DNA of 64,000 bases from an uncultured virus (IMG/VR IMGVR_UViG_3300042879_002288) (IMGVR_UViG_3300042879_002288); one strand, 5' to 3'. Positions 28,466 through 38,745 are shown, counted from the first letter of the stretch. The notes: generated from the letters alone by a model not told the origin. A program made the numbers and translations.

Positions 28466-28674
28466 ACGACCAGCTCATGTACGCTGTCACCGCCACACGG
28501 AACAGCCACCTCGAGGTCCTCACGTTCCCCATCGGGGTATTCGACGACAAGGACACGGCCATCGAAAGTGCCCGCAATCACAAAGAGCAGTTCGGGAAAC
28601 ACTACGATTACTATGTCTATGAGTTCACAAAAAACTTGGTGAATACGAGTTCACCACCTATCTTCGTTGTCTAA
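28462..28674 (+). CDS. Hypothetical protein
   Basis: ATGA-coupled; IGVFDDKDTA. Confidence 0.65.
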   Translation: MNDQLMYAVTATRNSHLEVLTFPIGVFDDKDTAIESARNHKEQFGKHYDYYVYEFTKNLVNTSSPPIFVV

Positions 28675-28697
28675 TCACAATTCAATCCAATAGAGTT

Positions 28698-29030
28698 ATG
28701 GCACAGGAGTTAAAGGACGAAAAGGTCATGGAATGGGAGGCCCTCGAGTTAGGGGTCGCTCAATGGGCCAAGGACAGGGGACTGCTCAAACGTGAGAATG
28801 CCCCAGCGCAGATGATGAAGGTCGTGGAGGAACTCGGCGAACTTGCCGCGTGTATCGCCAAGCGAAAGCGTGCCTCCACCACGGCGGATGCAGTTGGTGA
28901 CGTGCTGGTCACTATCATCATCCTCTCGTATCAGCTTGGCATCGACCCCCAGTATGCCCTCGACCTCGCGTACAACGAAATCAAAGACCGCGCAGGGAGC
29001 ACCATCAACGGAGTATTCATCAAGAAATGA
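28698..29030 (+). CDS. MazG-like nucleotide pyrophosphohydrolase
   Basis: KVVEELGELA...DAVGD...AYNEIKDR.G..INGVF. Confidence 0.88.
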   Translation: MAQELKDEKVMEWEALELGVAQWAKDRGLLKRENAPAQMMKVVEELGELAACIAKRKRASTTADAVGDVLVTIIILSYQLGIDPQYALDLAYNEIKDRAGSTINGVFIKK

Positions 29031-29201
29031 ACGACCTTGAAATCAACTACATCTACACAAGAGGAAACTCTTGGTACATCACGCCGTCAGCGGCAGTCGC
29101 GAACTGGAGGGGCGAAACATACTACGCCATCGAAAGTCGCGTTAGAGAATGAAGTGACAGCAACTCAAATTCACGAGCCACAAGCTCAAAAACACAATTC
29201 A

Positions 29202-29822
29202 ATGTCCATTTTCATTAAGCTGGCTTCCGTTCAGGCGGAGCTAAAGGCCCCCAAGGGCCAGTTCAACTCCTTCGGGAAGTATAAGTATCGTTCATGTGAG
29301 GACATCCTCGAGGCTGTCAAGCCCTTGCTTCACAAGTACGAACTGGGCATGTCCATCAACGATGATATGATGGAAGTCGGTGGTCGTGTATACGTCATGG
29401 CAACGGTAACTGTCTTTGACTATGATGGGAACCTACATAGCGTCAGCGCCTCTGCCCGTGAGGAGGAGACCAAGAAAGGCATGGATGCCTCACAGGTGAC
29501 TGGAGCCACATCCTCCTATGCACGAAAGTATGCCCTCAACGGGATGTTCCTCATCGACGACACCAAAGACAGCGATGCCACAAACACCCACGGCAACGAA
29601 CCAGCCCAGTCACATGGACGTGTGCCCGTAGGCGGAGCGGCGGCACGTGACGCCATCGCAGAGGAAGAATCCAAGCAGGAACCCATGTCCATGATGGACA
29701 AGGCCGTGGCCTACCTGAAGTCAGCCACAGACCGCAAGACAGCCTACGACAGCGTGATGAAGCACTACGGCGCACAACTGACTGACAATCAGAAGGAAGC
29801 CCTGAAGAAGTTCGTCCGATGA
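29202..29822 (+). CDS. erf: ERF-family ssDNA-annealing protein
   Basis: LKAPKGQFNSFGKYKYRSCEDILEAVKP...TGATSSYARKYAL. Confidence 0.9.
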   Translation: MSIFIKLASVQAELKAPKGQFNSFGKYKYRSCEDILEAVKPLLHKYELGMSINDDMMEVGGRVYVMATVTVFDYDGNLHSVSASAREEETKKGMDASQVTGATSSYARKYALNGMFLIDDTKDSDATNTHGNEPAQSHGRVPVGGAAARDAIAEEESKQEPMSMMDKAVAYLKSATDRKTAYDSVMKHYGAQLTDNQKEALKKFVR

Positions 29823-30607
29823 ACTTGCCCCAACTCCTCGAGGCTCGGTACGGGAAACCGCACCTGTCCTACAGTAGCCTCAAGCAATCGCTTGACGACA
29901 TCGCTCGGTTCGATGCGTACATGAAGAAAGAGATTACATACAAGTCCGATGCCCTTGACTTCGGAACCCTGTACGACATGCTCCTTTTCGAACGTGACAA
30001 GGCCATGGAGACCTACATAATCGTGGACCACGAGTACATCCTCGAGCGTTGTTCTGCGGCCACCCAGTCCACCAAGTCACCCAAGGCCACCAAGGAGTAC
30101 AAGGAGGTCAAGGAAGCCATCGAGAACGACCTGACCGCAAACGGCAAGGTCCTTTGTAACCCAGACGACTGGAAGACGGCCAACGACATGATTGACCGAC
30201 TGCACACCTGCGGAATCACCAAGGAGTACTTCGCTGGTGACTACCAGGTTCCAATCATGAAGAACATCCTCGACATCAAGGTCAAGGGATTCATCGACTG
30301 CTGGGACAAAGGGAGGTCCATGGTGGTGGACAGCAAGTCCACACGAAGCATCAGTGGATTCCGTTATGACGTAGGCAAGCTGTCTTACGACATCCAAGCG
30401 TACCTGTACATGCAGGCCACGTCAGCAAAAGAGTTCTACTGGGTTGCACAGGAGAAGGATTACCCCTACCTTCCCGCTGTCGTCAAGTGCAGCGAGGAGA
30501 CGCTCTTCAAGGGTGAGATGAAGACCCGAGCAGCCATAGCACGAATCAAGGATTTCCTTAAGAATGACACAGACCCTAAATCAGATTTTGTCACCTATGA
30601 GGTCTAA
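29819..30607 (+). CDS. PD-(D/E)XK RecE-like exonuclease
   Basis: LSYSSLK, FGTLY, KGFID, DSKST, YDIQAYLY. Confidence 0.85.
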   Translation: MNLPQLLEARYGKPHLSYSSLKQSLDDIARFDAYMKKEITYKSDALDFGTLYDMLLFERDKAMETYIIVDHEYILERCSAATQSTKSPKATKEYKEVKEAIENDLTANGKVLCNPDDWKTANDMIDRLHTCGITKEYFAGDYQVPIMKNILDIKVKGFIDCWDKGRSMVVDSKSTRSISGFRYDVGKLSYDIQAYLYMQATSAKEFYWVAQEKDYPYLPAVVKCSEETLFKGEMKTRAAIARIKDFLKNDTDPKSDFVTYEV

Positions 30608-30700
30608 AACCAAAGAAAGAATCAAGGACATCGCAGAGAACGTCCTAATCATCGCAACCCTATTCCTATTCCATCTTTTAATCACCAATTTTGTTGAGCA

Positions 30701-31018
30701 ATGAGCAAAGAAAAGAGCTATGACAGCGTCCTGATGGGATTCGCTGATGAGCCGAAGTACAACAACGGACAGCTGGTTAGCTGGCGCGTAAAGCTTCGGG
30801 ATTTCGAAATCAAGGAAATCCTTGACCGATACCTATCCAAGAATGCTGAAGGCAAGGGCCAAGCATACATCACCATGTTCATGAGTAAAGAAGGTAAGCC
30901 TTTTGCTCGCGTGTACAACCCCAACAGCGAGTCAGCCAAGGAATACCGCGAAAAGAACATGAAGCAGAATGAGCGGGCCGCTACCCCAGTCGCTGAAGAC
31001 AACGACCTACCATTCTAA
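30701..31018 (+). CDS. Probable ssDNA-binding protein
   Basis: Acidic EDNDLPF tail; located in the recombination cluster. Confidence 0.6.
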   Translation: MSKEKSYDSVLMGFADEPKYNNGQLVSWRVKLRDFEIKEILDRYLSKNAEGKGQAYITMFMSKEGKPFARVYNPNSESAKEYREKNMKQNERAATPVAEDNDLPF

Positions 31019-31361
31019 GATTCTCGGCTGTCTGTGTGTGATTGAATGGGGGTTGAGGGACATTGTGTTCCTCAGCCCCTCTTCTTTCGAAGCCGAGGCG
31101 AATGGAAAGCGATACACCTTCCACGCATGCATCATCGAACACTTCAACACCATGGTAGATATACCTGTATTTGAGGAGGACTTCTTAGTGATGTGCATAG
31201 CAAACAAGTCAGGTGACAACACCATCGTGCTCACCCATGATGACTGCAAGGAGGTAATGGGAACGTCTGTGGACTTTCACTGGGTGGCAGGATTCATAAA
31301 GAAAAGAATGAGCGTCACCGTTACCAATGAACAAAAACAGCCTACCGATTTACTACGTTGA
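30969..31361 (+). CDS. Hypothetical protein
   Basis: ORF fills the operon gap; start uncertain. Confidence 0.5.
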   Translation: MSGPLPQSLKTTTYHSKILGCLCVIEWGLRDIVFLSPSSFEAEANGKRYTFHACIIEHFNTMVDIPVFEEDFLVMCIANKSGDNTIVLTHDDCKEVMGTSVDFHWVAGFIKKRMSVTVTNEQKQPTDLLR

Positions 31362-31578
31362 ACTCACCGTGACATACAAGCACGGAAAGAAAGAGATGAC
31401 AAAGGACGTGTGGTGCATAAGCCACAGCACGGATGTGCTTGACATCATGGACGACCCCCTGTCAGTCTCAACCATGGAGAGGCAGATATACTCCTCTACA
31501 TACAAATCTGAAAAAAGAATCACAATTAAAAAAGTACGGACATGGAAACAACTCGGAATGACGAACCACAGCAGGTAG
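31327..31578 (+). CDS. Hypothetical protein
   Basis: 83-aa ORF. Confidence 0.65.
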   Translation: MNKNSLPIYYVELTVTYKHGKKEMTKDVWCISHSTDVLDIMDDPLSVSTMERQIYSSTYKSEKRITIKKVRTWKQLGMTNHSR

Positions 31579-31793
31579 ACATGGTCAACAGCCCCAATCA
31601 CTACAGGTCGTTTCCCAAAGAGACATGGGAGATGATGATTGACATCTGGGGTGTAGACAACTTCGTCGTATACTGCGAGATAAACGCCTTCAAGTACAAG
31701 ATGCGTGCAGGTGAGAAGCCCGGCCAGTCAGTTGAGCAGGACCTGCAAAAGGCTGAATGGTATCTGAAGAAGGCAAACGACTACAGGAAATGA
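31542..31793 (+). CDS. DUF3310-like protein
   Basis: VNSPNHY...NAFKY..RAG.K...DLQKAEWYL. Confidence 0.85.
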   Translation: METTRNDEPQQVDMVNSPNHYRSFPKETWEMMIDIWGVDNFVVYCEINAFKYKMRAGEKPGQSVEQDLQKAEWYLKKANDYRK

Positions 31794-33574
31794 AAGTAAC
31801 CCTGTATCGGTCTATCCACGACACGGATAAACCATACCATATCCATATGGACGTGGCGCTGGACAGAATCCAGCAGGGCAAGTCCAAGGACACCGTAGAG
31901 CGGTTCCGTACGAGCAGGGAACGGGAGGATAAGATGTCCCTTCCCGTGGTGCTGTGGAGCGGCACGTTCAACAAGCGCTCCGACAGCGAACTTGTGGAGC
32001 ACAGCGGATACATAGTCCTTGACTTCGACCACATCGACGTTCAGGCTGGGAAGACGCAGGTGGGTTCCGACCAATACGTCAGAGCCTGTTGGGTGTCCCC
32101 TTCTGGGGATGGACTCAAGGCCCTTGTGAAGGTCACCAACCCTGAGCGCCACAGAGACCATTTCAGGGCTATCAAGGCATACTTCAGTAAGTCGTATGGG
32201 CTGGAGGTAGACGAGACGGGTATCAACGAATCACGGGCTTGTTTCGAGTCATATGACTCAGACATCATCGTCAAGGACGAGAGCACCCCGTTTGGAGGCC
32301 TGATAACCAAGCACAGCGAGGAACAGACTCCAAGCCAGCCATATGTCTACACAGACTACATGAAGCTGAATCTGGCCGCACGTATGATTCGTCAGGCACA
32401 GGACGGGGAGAAGCACAGCACGCTGCTCAAGGCCTCACGCCTGTGTGGTGGGTATGTGTCTGCTGGGCGCATGGAGGAGGAGGAGGTCATCAGAGTTCTG
32501 TTCCGTGAGATACAGAAGCGGGACATAGACTCCGAGGAGCATGCCCTCACCACCATCCGTGCAGGACTGGAGGCGGGCAAGAACGCTCCACTTCGGGACA
32601 TCATCAACGACGAGAAGTCGGTCACACGGGAACTGCTCATCAACGATGGGGACATGTCGTTCATCTCGTCAGACGACTCTGACTATAGGATGATTGATGA
32701 CTTTGTCAATGGAAAGATTCTGATTGGTCTGGACACAGGGGACCCCAACCTCGACAAATACTTCAGGTACAAGCGAGAGTTCGTCATCATCAACGGCCAC
32801 AGCAACGTGGGCAAGACGACAATGGCGCTATACATGATGGTCAATGCCAGCCGTAGACATGGGTGGAAGTGGGTGCTCTACTCCTCTGAGAACAGCACGT
32901 GGTCAGTCAAGATGACGCTGATGGAGTTCGCCACGGCCATGCCCATCAAGACTCAGAATTACGAGCAACGCAAGGAGGCATACCGCTGGGTCAATGACCA
33001 CTTCACTATCATCAACAACAATCAGGTGTACAGCTACTCTGACATCATCCTATTCATGGAGAAGGTACGCAGGATTCAACACGTGGATGCTGTCTTTGTA
33101 GACCCGTACAACAGCCTAAAGATTGACCTCAAGAACACGGCCATAGGCGTCCATGACTACCACTACGAGGCAGCCTCAGAGTTCCTGACGTACAGCACGG
33201 CCAATAATATAGCCGTGTGGCTCAACATGCACGCCGTGACGGAGGCCCAGAGACGCAAGGGCGACGATGGTCTCCCGATAGCCCCGTATGCTGAGGACAC
33301 CGAGGGCGGTGGCAAGTTCGTAAACAGGGCAGACTGCTTCATCACCATCCACCGCAAGGTGCAAGCCCCTGACATGCAGACACGTAGGACCACTGAGCTA
33401 CACGTCAGGAAGGTGCGTGAGGTGAAGACAGGTGGGCAGCCCACACCTCTGGATGAGCCAGTCACGTACGCCATGAACCCGACCATGACAGGATTTAGGG
33501 CGCTGAGCACTGGTAACGAACTGTTTGAGCCCATAGGCCTGGACTTCACGAGATACCAAGTATTTAACGAATGA
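31790..33574 (+). CDS. Primase-helicase (VirE_N/BT4734-like primase plus SF4 helicase)
   Basis: K.SLP, LDFDH, SPSGDGLK; GHSNVGKT Walker A; FVDPYN. Confidence 0.88.
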   Translation: MKVTLYRSIHDTDKPYHIHMDVALDRIQQGKSKDTVERFRTSREREDKMSLPVVLWSGTFNKRSDSELVEHSGYIVLDFDHIDVQAGKTQVGSDQYVRACWVSPSGDGLKALVKVTNPERHRDHFRAIKAYFSKSYGLEVDETGINESRACFESYDSDIIVKDESTPFGGLITKHSEEQTPSQPYVYTDYMKLNLAARMIRQAQDGEKHSTLLKASRLCGGYVSAGRMEEEEVIRVLFREIQKRDIDSEEHALTTIRAGLEAGKNAPLRDIINDEKSVTRELLINDGDMSFISSDDSDYRMIDDFVNGKILIGLDTGDPNLDKYFRYKREFVIINGHSNVGKTTMALYMMVNASRRHGWKWVLYSSENSTWSVKMTLMEFATAMPIKTQNYEQRKEAYRWVNDHFTIINNNQVYSYSDIILFMEKVRRIQHVDAVFVDPYNSLKIDLKNTAIGVHDYHYEAASEFLTYSTANNIAVWLNMHAVTEAQRRKGDDGLPIAPYAEDTEGGGKFVNRADCFITIHRKVQAPDMQTRRTTELHVRKVREVKTGGQPTPLDEPVTYAMNPTMTGFRALSTGNELFEPIGLDFTRYQVFNE

Positions 33575-33611
33575 TATTATATAACCATAGCTGTATTATA
33601 TATTTGTGGTC

Positions 33612-34196
33612 ATGCATAGAAAAAAAGGGTCGGGTACGACTCCTCGTGCAAACACAAGGAAGAGACAGCTTGGGAAGTATAAGTCTCAGTTAGAGAAGTA
33701 CTGCGCTGAAAGACTTCAGCAGGAAAATCTAAACTTTATGTACGAGGGCAGGGAGTACGTGCTGCAAGAGTCATTCAACTACAACGGGGTGTACTACAAG
33801 ATGACAAGAGGGAGCAAGGACCTCGTAAAGAGAACCAACTCACACATCCTCCCCATCAAGTACACACCAGACTTCGTAGGAACTGAATACAACTTCGTCA
33901 TAGAAACCAAGGGTTTCATACACGAACAGCATACCTTTCAGCTCAGATGGAAGATGTATTTGGACTACCTTTGTAAAAGCGGGGAACCTCTCCCCGCTCT
34001 TTTCTTACCCAAAAATAAGCAGCAGGTAGACGAGTGCATTAACATAATTTTAGATTTAATACACGATGAACGAATACAAACTCTCGGAGATGTACGCGAT
34101 GGCCACTCAAAAAATGGCAGACGCGGTAACAGAACTCTACGAAGACCTTCACAATCAGGACGGCAGACCGATTTTCAAGAGGGAGAAGATTTCTGA
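33612..34196 (+). CDS. T7 endonuclease I-like resolvase
   Basis: KSQLE, YE, YTPDF, IETKG. Confidence 0.75.
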   Translation: MHRKKGSGTTPRANTRKRQLGKYKSQLEKYCAERLQQENLNFMYEGREYVLQESFNYNGVYYKMTRGSKDLVKRTNSHILPIKYTPDFVGTEYNFVIETKGFIHEQHTFQLRWKMYLDYLCKSGEPLPALFLPKNKQQVDECINIILDLIHDERIQTLGDVRDGHSKNGRRGNRTLRRPSQSGRQTDFQEGEDF

Positions 34197-34278
34197 AGGG
34201 ATGGCTAAGTTTAGAAAGGCTGTCACTTTGGAGATTGACCTCGTAAAGCAGGCTGCGCTTGAGTTCCAGGGCAAGTAA
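34066..34278 (+). CDS. Hypothetical protein
   Basis: 70-aa helical ORF. Confidence 0.6.
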   Translation: MNEYKLSEMYAMATQKMADAVTELYEDLHNQDGRPIFKREKISEGMAKFRKAVTLEIDLVKQAALEFQGK

Positions 34279-34291
34279 GTTCAAGTCTTCC

Positions 34292-34753
34292 ATGGCCGTA
34301 GGCCTGAAGGGGGAGGTCATGTGGGCGGAGCACCTCGCATCAAAAGGACACGATGTGGTGTTCTCTGACGCTGGGGTAAACTATTGGGACCTTATGGACT
34401 CGATGGGCAACTACTACGAGGTGAAGCTTGACGAGAAAGCTATGTACTATGCAAAGAAGCACAACAGGCCTCCCAACATGTTCCTTGAGTACTGGAGCAC
34501 CAAGAGGAACAGCTTCTGCGGTGTCATGGTACTGGAGGTGGATTTCTTCGTGTACATAATCAAGAGCCTTGAGAGGCTATATACAGCGTATGTATTTGAT
34601 TATCCGGTATTTCTGAATCACCTGTCCGTCACAAAATACCCATCAAGAGATAATAGTTCCACTGGAGACAATAATGCTCTTGGGTATGTCGTTCCTATAG
34701 AGACGTTGACAAAATCTGAAGAAACAGGATTCATAAAATCTGTCATTCTTTAG
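34292..34753 (+). CDS. PD-(D/E)XK-like protein
   Basis: G..GE, WDL, YEVK.D, N.FLEY; start uncertain. Confidence 0.6.
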   Translation: MAVGLKGEVMWAEHLASKGHDVVFSDAGVNYWDLMDSMGNYYEVKLDEKAMYYAKKHNRPPNMFLEYWSTKRNSFCGVMVLEVDFFVYIIKSLERLYTAYVFDYPVFLNHLSVTKYPSRDNSSTGDNNALGYVVPIETLTKSEETGFIKSVIL

Positions 34754-34788
34754 TATCTTGCAAGCCGTTTCTCTCTAAAAAACACATC

Positions 34789-36684
34789 ATGAAAAACACA
34801 GATTCCCACGCGATTCCGTGGGGGGAAGTAGGTTACCCCGTCTTCAAAAGAACCTACGCAAGGGCAGTTGAAAACAGGACCGAAGAGTGGCCAGAGACAG
34901 TTGAGCGAGTCGTCAAGGCATGCAACGAGCAACTGGGCTGTGGCTTCTCTGACGTCGAAAAAGATGAGCTGAGACACATAATGATGTCTCTTAAGGGAAC
35001 TGTGGCTGGCAGGTTCCTTTGGCAGCTTGGTACCGAGACCGTGGACCGCCTCGGTCTCCCCTCGCTTCAGAACTGCGCCTTCGTAGTCGTAGACAAACCC
35101 ATCAGACCATTTACGTGGGCATTTGAGATGCTCATGCTGGGCAGTGGTGTTGGATTCAACATCCAGCGAGAGAACGTGGGTGAACTTCCTAACCCTCTTC
35201 CTAATGTGACCATCACACGAATGGACAAGAACGATGCTGACTTCATCGTTCCTGACAGCAGAGAGGGCTGGGTGGAACTCCTCAGACGTGTCCTCGAGGC
35301 TTCTTTCGTGACCGGAAAGGGGTTCACCTTCGCCACACACCTCATCCGCTCTAAGGGCTCTCCAATCAAGGGCTTTGGGGGAACGGCATCAGGACCAGAG
35401 GACCTGGTGTGGGGGATGATGGAAATCAACAAGCTGCTCAACGCCAAGGAAGGCGCCCAGCTGTCCCCAGTGGACTGTCTCGATATCATGAATATCATCG
35501 GTAGAATCGTGGTGGCTGGCAACGTGAGACGCTCAGCACAGATTGCTATCGGTGACCCTGACGATGTGGAGTACCTGAGCGCCAAGCGATGGGACCTTGG
35601 TAACATCCCTAACTGGAGGGCTATGTCCAACAACAGCGTTGTGTGTGGCAACATAAACAACCTGCATGAGTCGTTCTGGGATGGGTACAACGGCAACGGA
35701 GAGCCATACGGAATCATCAACCTCGATGCTACCAGACGCATGGGGCGCACAGGTGAGACCCAGTACCCTGACCCAGAGGTTCGTGGATTCAACCCATGTG
35801 CAGAGCAGGGCCTCGCCAACTTCGAGACATGCTGCCTTGCAGAGATTTACCTGCCCAACATAGAGTCCTACGAAGAGCTGAAGAAGGTGGCTCGTTACCT
35901 GTACAGAATAAACAAGCACAGCCTCGCCATCAAGTGTGCCGTAAAGGAGACAGAGCATATCGTACACAGGAACATGAGGATGGGTATCGGGGTTACTGGT
36001 TACCTTCAGGCCACAGAAGAGCAGCGTACATGGCTTGACCTGTGCTATGTGTATCTTAGAGAATATGACAATGAATACTCTAAACTTGCTGGATTCCCTC
36101 GCAGTATTAAGCTCACCACGGTTAAGCCCTCTGGAACACTTAGTCTTCTCGCTGGCGTTACACCAGGAGCACATCCTGCCTATAGCCAATTCTACATCAG
36201 GAGAATTCGAATGGCCTCAGGTAGCCCTCTTGTTAGAGCAGCAAAAGATTCTGGTTATCCAGTAGAGTTCGTAAGGAACTTCGACGGGACGGAAGACCAT
36301 GGCACGGAGGTGGTAAGCTTCCCCTGCAAGTTTCCCCAAGGGACAACTCTGGCCAAGGACATGACAGCCATCGACCAGCTGGAGGTCATCAAGAGACTTC
36401 AGAAGGAGTGGTCTGATAACGCTGTGTCCGTGACCATCTACTACAGACTCCATGAACTGGAAAACATTAAGCTATGGTTGAGGGGCAACCTGCATATGGT
36501 GAAGTCAGTTTCGTTTTTGCTTCACAACGAACACGGGTTTGACCAGGCCCCACTGGAGGAAATCACAGAGGAGAAGTACCTCGAGATGTCGTCTATGGTC
36601 AAGCCATTGGTATCTATAGACGGCATTGGGTTTGATGATGTGGACATCGCTGACTGCGACACAGGAGCATGCCCAGTACGATGA
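34789..36684 (+). CDS. nrdJ: Class II (adenosylcobalamin-dependent) ribonucleotide reductase
   Basis: RTYAR, LQNC, GSGVG, GNVRRSA, NPCAEQ, TTVKPSGT, C-terminal CDTGACPVR. Confidence 0.93.
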   Translation: MKNTDSHAIPWGEVGYPVFKRTYARAVENRTEEWPETVERVVKACNEQLGCGFSDVEKDELRHIMMSLKGTVAGRFLWQLGTETVDRLGLPSLQNCAFVVVDKPIRPFTWAFEMLMLGSGVGFNIQRENVGELPNPLPNVTITRMDKNDADFIVPDSREGWVELLRRVLEASFVTGKGFTFATHLIRSKGSPIKGFGGTASGPEDLVWGMMEINKLLNAKEGAQLSPVDCLDIMNIIGRIVVAGNVRRSAQIAIGDPDDVEYLSAKRWDLGNIPNWRAMSNNSVVCGNINNLHESFWDGYNGNGEPYGIINLDATRRMGRTGETQYPDPEVRGFNPCAEQGLANFETCCLAEIYLPNIESYEELKKVARYLYRINKHSLAIKCAVKETEHIVHRNMRMGIGVTGYLQATEEQRTWLDLCYVYLREYDNEYSKLAGFPRSIKLTTVKPSGTLSLLAGVTPGAHPAYSQFYIRRIRMASGSPLVRAAKDSGYPVEFVRNFDGTEDHGTEVVSFPCKFPQGTTLAKDMTAIDQLEVIKRLQKEWSDNAVSVTIYYRLHELENIKLWLRGNLHMVKSVSFLLHNEHGFDQAPLEEITEEKYLEMSSMVKPLVSIDGIGFDDVDIADCDTGACPVR

Positions 36685-36732
36685 AGCACATATCTCAATG
36701 CTGGATAAGCCAGCTATACTATTTCGGTAAAC

Positions 36733-36761
36733 AAGAAAGGGGCACAGGCCCCTTTCTTTTT
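36733..36761. terminator. Bidirectional intrinsic terminator
   Basis: AAGAAAGGGGC-ACAG-GCCCCTTTCTTTTT at the convergence of the two blocks. Confidence 0.85.
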
Positions 36762-36804
36762 GCCCTTAGTTTACATTACGGGCTGAAGTATAAGTATGTA
36801 GACT

Positions 36805-36945
36805 TTATTTCTCTTGTTGTTTAATTTTCCTCTCTTGCTTCAGCATCTCTGCCGTGGGCTTCTTGCCTGAACCACGGTTGGCCCTGATATTGTCCCACAG
36901 GCCTCTCGGCGAATAGGAACCATCCTTCCTCTTCAGTAGTTTCAT
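36805..36945 (-). CDS. Small basic protein, 46 aa
   Basis: Hand-translated MKLLKRKDGSYSPRGLWDNIRANRGSGKKPTAEML... Confidence 0.7.
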   Translation of the reverse strand: MKLLKRKDGSYSPRGLWDNIRANRGSGKKPTAEMLKQERKIKQQEK

Positions 36946-37070
36946 TTTCCTTGACCTTTGTACTTTTTCTTGTACAGCTTGCTTGTTTTGTTGTCAGAGT
37001 CGCTCTTTGCATGGCCACCAACAGATTTCTTTTTGCTTAGTACAACTTTACCAGTTTCCTTCTTAGCCAT
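36942..37070 (-). CDS. Small basic protein, 42 aa
   Basis: Hand-translated MAKKETGK...SKLYKKKYKGQGK; TAAATTTG-N3-ATG. Confidence 0.7.
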   Translation of the reverse strand: MAKKETGKVVLSKKKSVGGHAKSDSDNKTSKLYKKKYKGQGK

Positions 37071-37078
37071 ATGCAAAT

Positions 37079-38287
37079 TTAATCATTCTTGTTCATATGC
37101 TCATTTATCTTCCTGACTATCTCGTGGAGGTCCTCAGGCTTGTCTATAGGGTGTGTTGGTATAAACAAGTCGTCACAGTTACAGTCTTGTCCATACACGC
37201 TAAGAAGCAGTTGAAGGTCGTTGGTGGTGACCAGATGGTCCAGGTCTAAGTCTGCCTCCGTGCAGTAGTCGCAGTTGAAGTACGATAGCACGTACAACAA
37301 ATCTGACGTGCCAACAAAACAATCCCCGTCAAGGTCACCAAAGCAGAATGTCTCATCTGAGAACAGGTCAGAACGCTGGTACTCAAGCATGGCGTGCATT
37401 CTGTCTATCTGGCCAGGTGTAAAAACGTCTCTGCACTCTTCTGGACAGTAGTCCATGTGATTGTTCGCTTGAAACTGCACCCCAGAGTATGTTGTTTCTG
37501 GACAGTAGTACCCAGGCACCCCAGGGCATCCTTGGCTTGTTTTAGTGGGCGGGGTGTCGCACACGTAGTCCCCTGTGTGTTCACATGGACCCAGGTTCAA
37601 CCCACAGCTTGACACATAGGTGCTGTTGTTCTTGAACACGTGATGCAACCCACAGTAGTGCCCCATCTCGTGGGTGAGCGTCTCGTTCTCAAATCTAAAT
37701 GTGAGGTGAGGGCCATCCACGCCAAACACCTCCGTCTCCACCCATACCCCGTCAAGAGTAGACCAAGGGTAGTATGTGACCCATGCAAATCCAAGGATAG
37801 ATGAGCAGAAGTCCGGGGCAACGTACACGTTGCAGTATTCTGCCGTGTTCCATTTCACCATGTTTGTCCACTGAGCCATCTGAGTCCCATAGTTAGGGAA
37901 ACAGACTCCACCATTGTTTCTATACGATGTTGCCCATTGGAATACGCCGAGGTGCGTGTATGTGACATCAACCAATTCAAATGATATGTTGGTTCCTTCG
38001 AAATCCACATTGAGCTGTTCGAAGGCATCGATAACAACGTCAAGACCTATATTGCTGTTTGGGAAGTATTGGTTGTCATGAAGCACGTGGACGACACAGT
38101 TGATGGTCTTCTGTGTGTATGTGCGATTGGCAGAGTTGTGGTTCTTTGGAAGCGGATTCTCCTGAGAGCCCATGACGGCGCACTCCTCTTGAGCCGGGGC
38201 TGGGGCGGCACAGAAAGAGAACGACATGCACACAGCAAGGAACCAAAGTATAGGCCAGGCGCTTTTAAGGGGGAGGGTATTGTTCAT
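37079..38287 (-). CDS. M43 (pappalysin/ulilysin-like) zinc metalloprotease with dockerin-like C-terminus
   Basis: Signal peptide; HEMGHYCGLHH; GDYVCDTP; NHMDY; FTPGQ; GDLDGD..VGTSDLL. Confidence 0.88.
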   Translation of the reverse strand: MNNTLPLKSAWPILWFLAVCMSFSFCAAPAPAQEECAVMGSQENPLPKNHNSANRTYTQKTINCVVHVLHDNQYFPNSNIGLDVVIDAFEQLNVDFEGTNISFELVDVTYTHLGVFQWATSYRNNGGVCFPNYGTQMAQWTNMVKWNTAEYCNVYVAPDFCSSILGFAWVTYYPWSTLDGVWVETEVFGVDGPHLTFRFENETLTHEMGHYCGLHHVFKNNSTYVSSCGLNLGPCEHTGDYVCDTPPTKTSQGCPGVPGYYCPETTYSGVQFQANNHMDYCPEECRDVFTPGQIDRMHAMLEYQRSDLFSDETFCFGDLDGDCFVGTSDLLYVLSYFNCDYCTEADLDLDHLVTTNDLQLLLSVYGQDCNCDDLFIPTHPIDKPEDLHEIVRKINEHMNKND

Positions 38288-38745
38288 CGTTTATTGAGTC
38301 TTACTTTTTCATATGAGCGTCCGGCAAAGTATGCTGTGAATGCAGTTGTCATTAAAACACTAAATACATCTATATATGATTCATTTATGTTAAATCCCAC
38401 ATTTTCAATACTGTCGGTAACCACAAATATAGTAAATGAAAGTATCAGATACATTAAAATCATAGGCCTTATATTCTTGGATAGCCACGAGTCGGACATC
38501 ATATCTGACTTCCATCGTTCAGTCACGTTGTCCTGAGCATTGGACTCATACTCCATGAGCATCTTCTCGAACTCCATCTTCTCCTGAGCAGTCATGTTTG
38601 GCTCAAGGTCTATGAGTCTCTTGACCACACCAAGAGCCCCCTGGTCTGGAAGCAGCTCTCCAACTGTTTCCAGAACGTCAGGGGCCTTGTCCTTCAGCCA
38701 GATTCCGACCTTGGTATCCTTAATCTTCTTTCGGTCCTTTCTCAT
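38284..38745 (-). CDS. Holin (GTA 3TM-like)
   Basis: RW..DM.SDSWLSKNIRP, TM helices, AYFAGRSYEK. Confidence 0.75.
   Translation of the reverse strand: MRKDRKKIKDTKVGIWLKDKAPDVLETVGELLPDQGALGVVKRLIDLEPNMTAQEKMEFEKMLMEYESNAQDNVTERWKSDMMSDSWLSKNIRPMILMYLILSFTIFVVTDSIENVGFNINESYIDVFSVLMTTAFTAYFAGRSYEKVRLNKR

Noticed and set aside
7005..36684. Inteins or introns in terL, helicase or nrdJ
   Set aside because: Lengths are ordinary, frames are continuous and no splice motifs were seen
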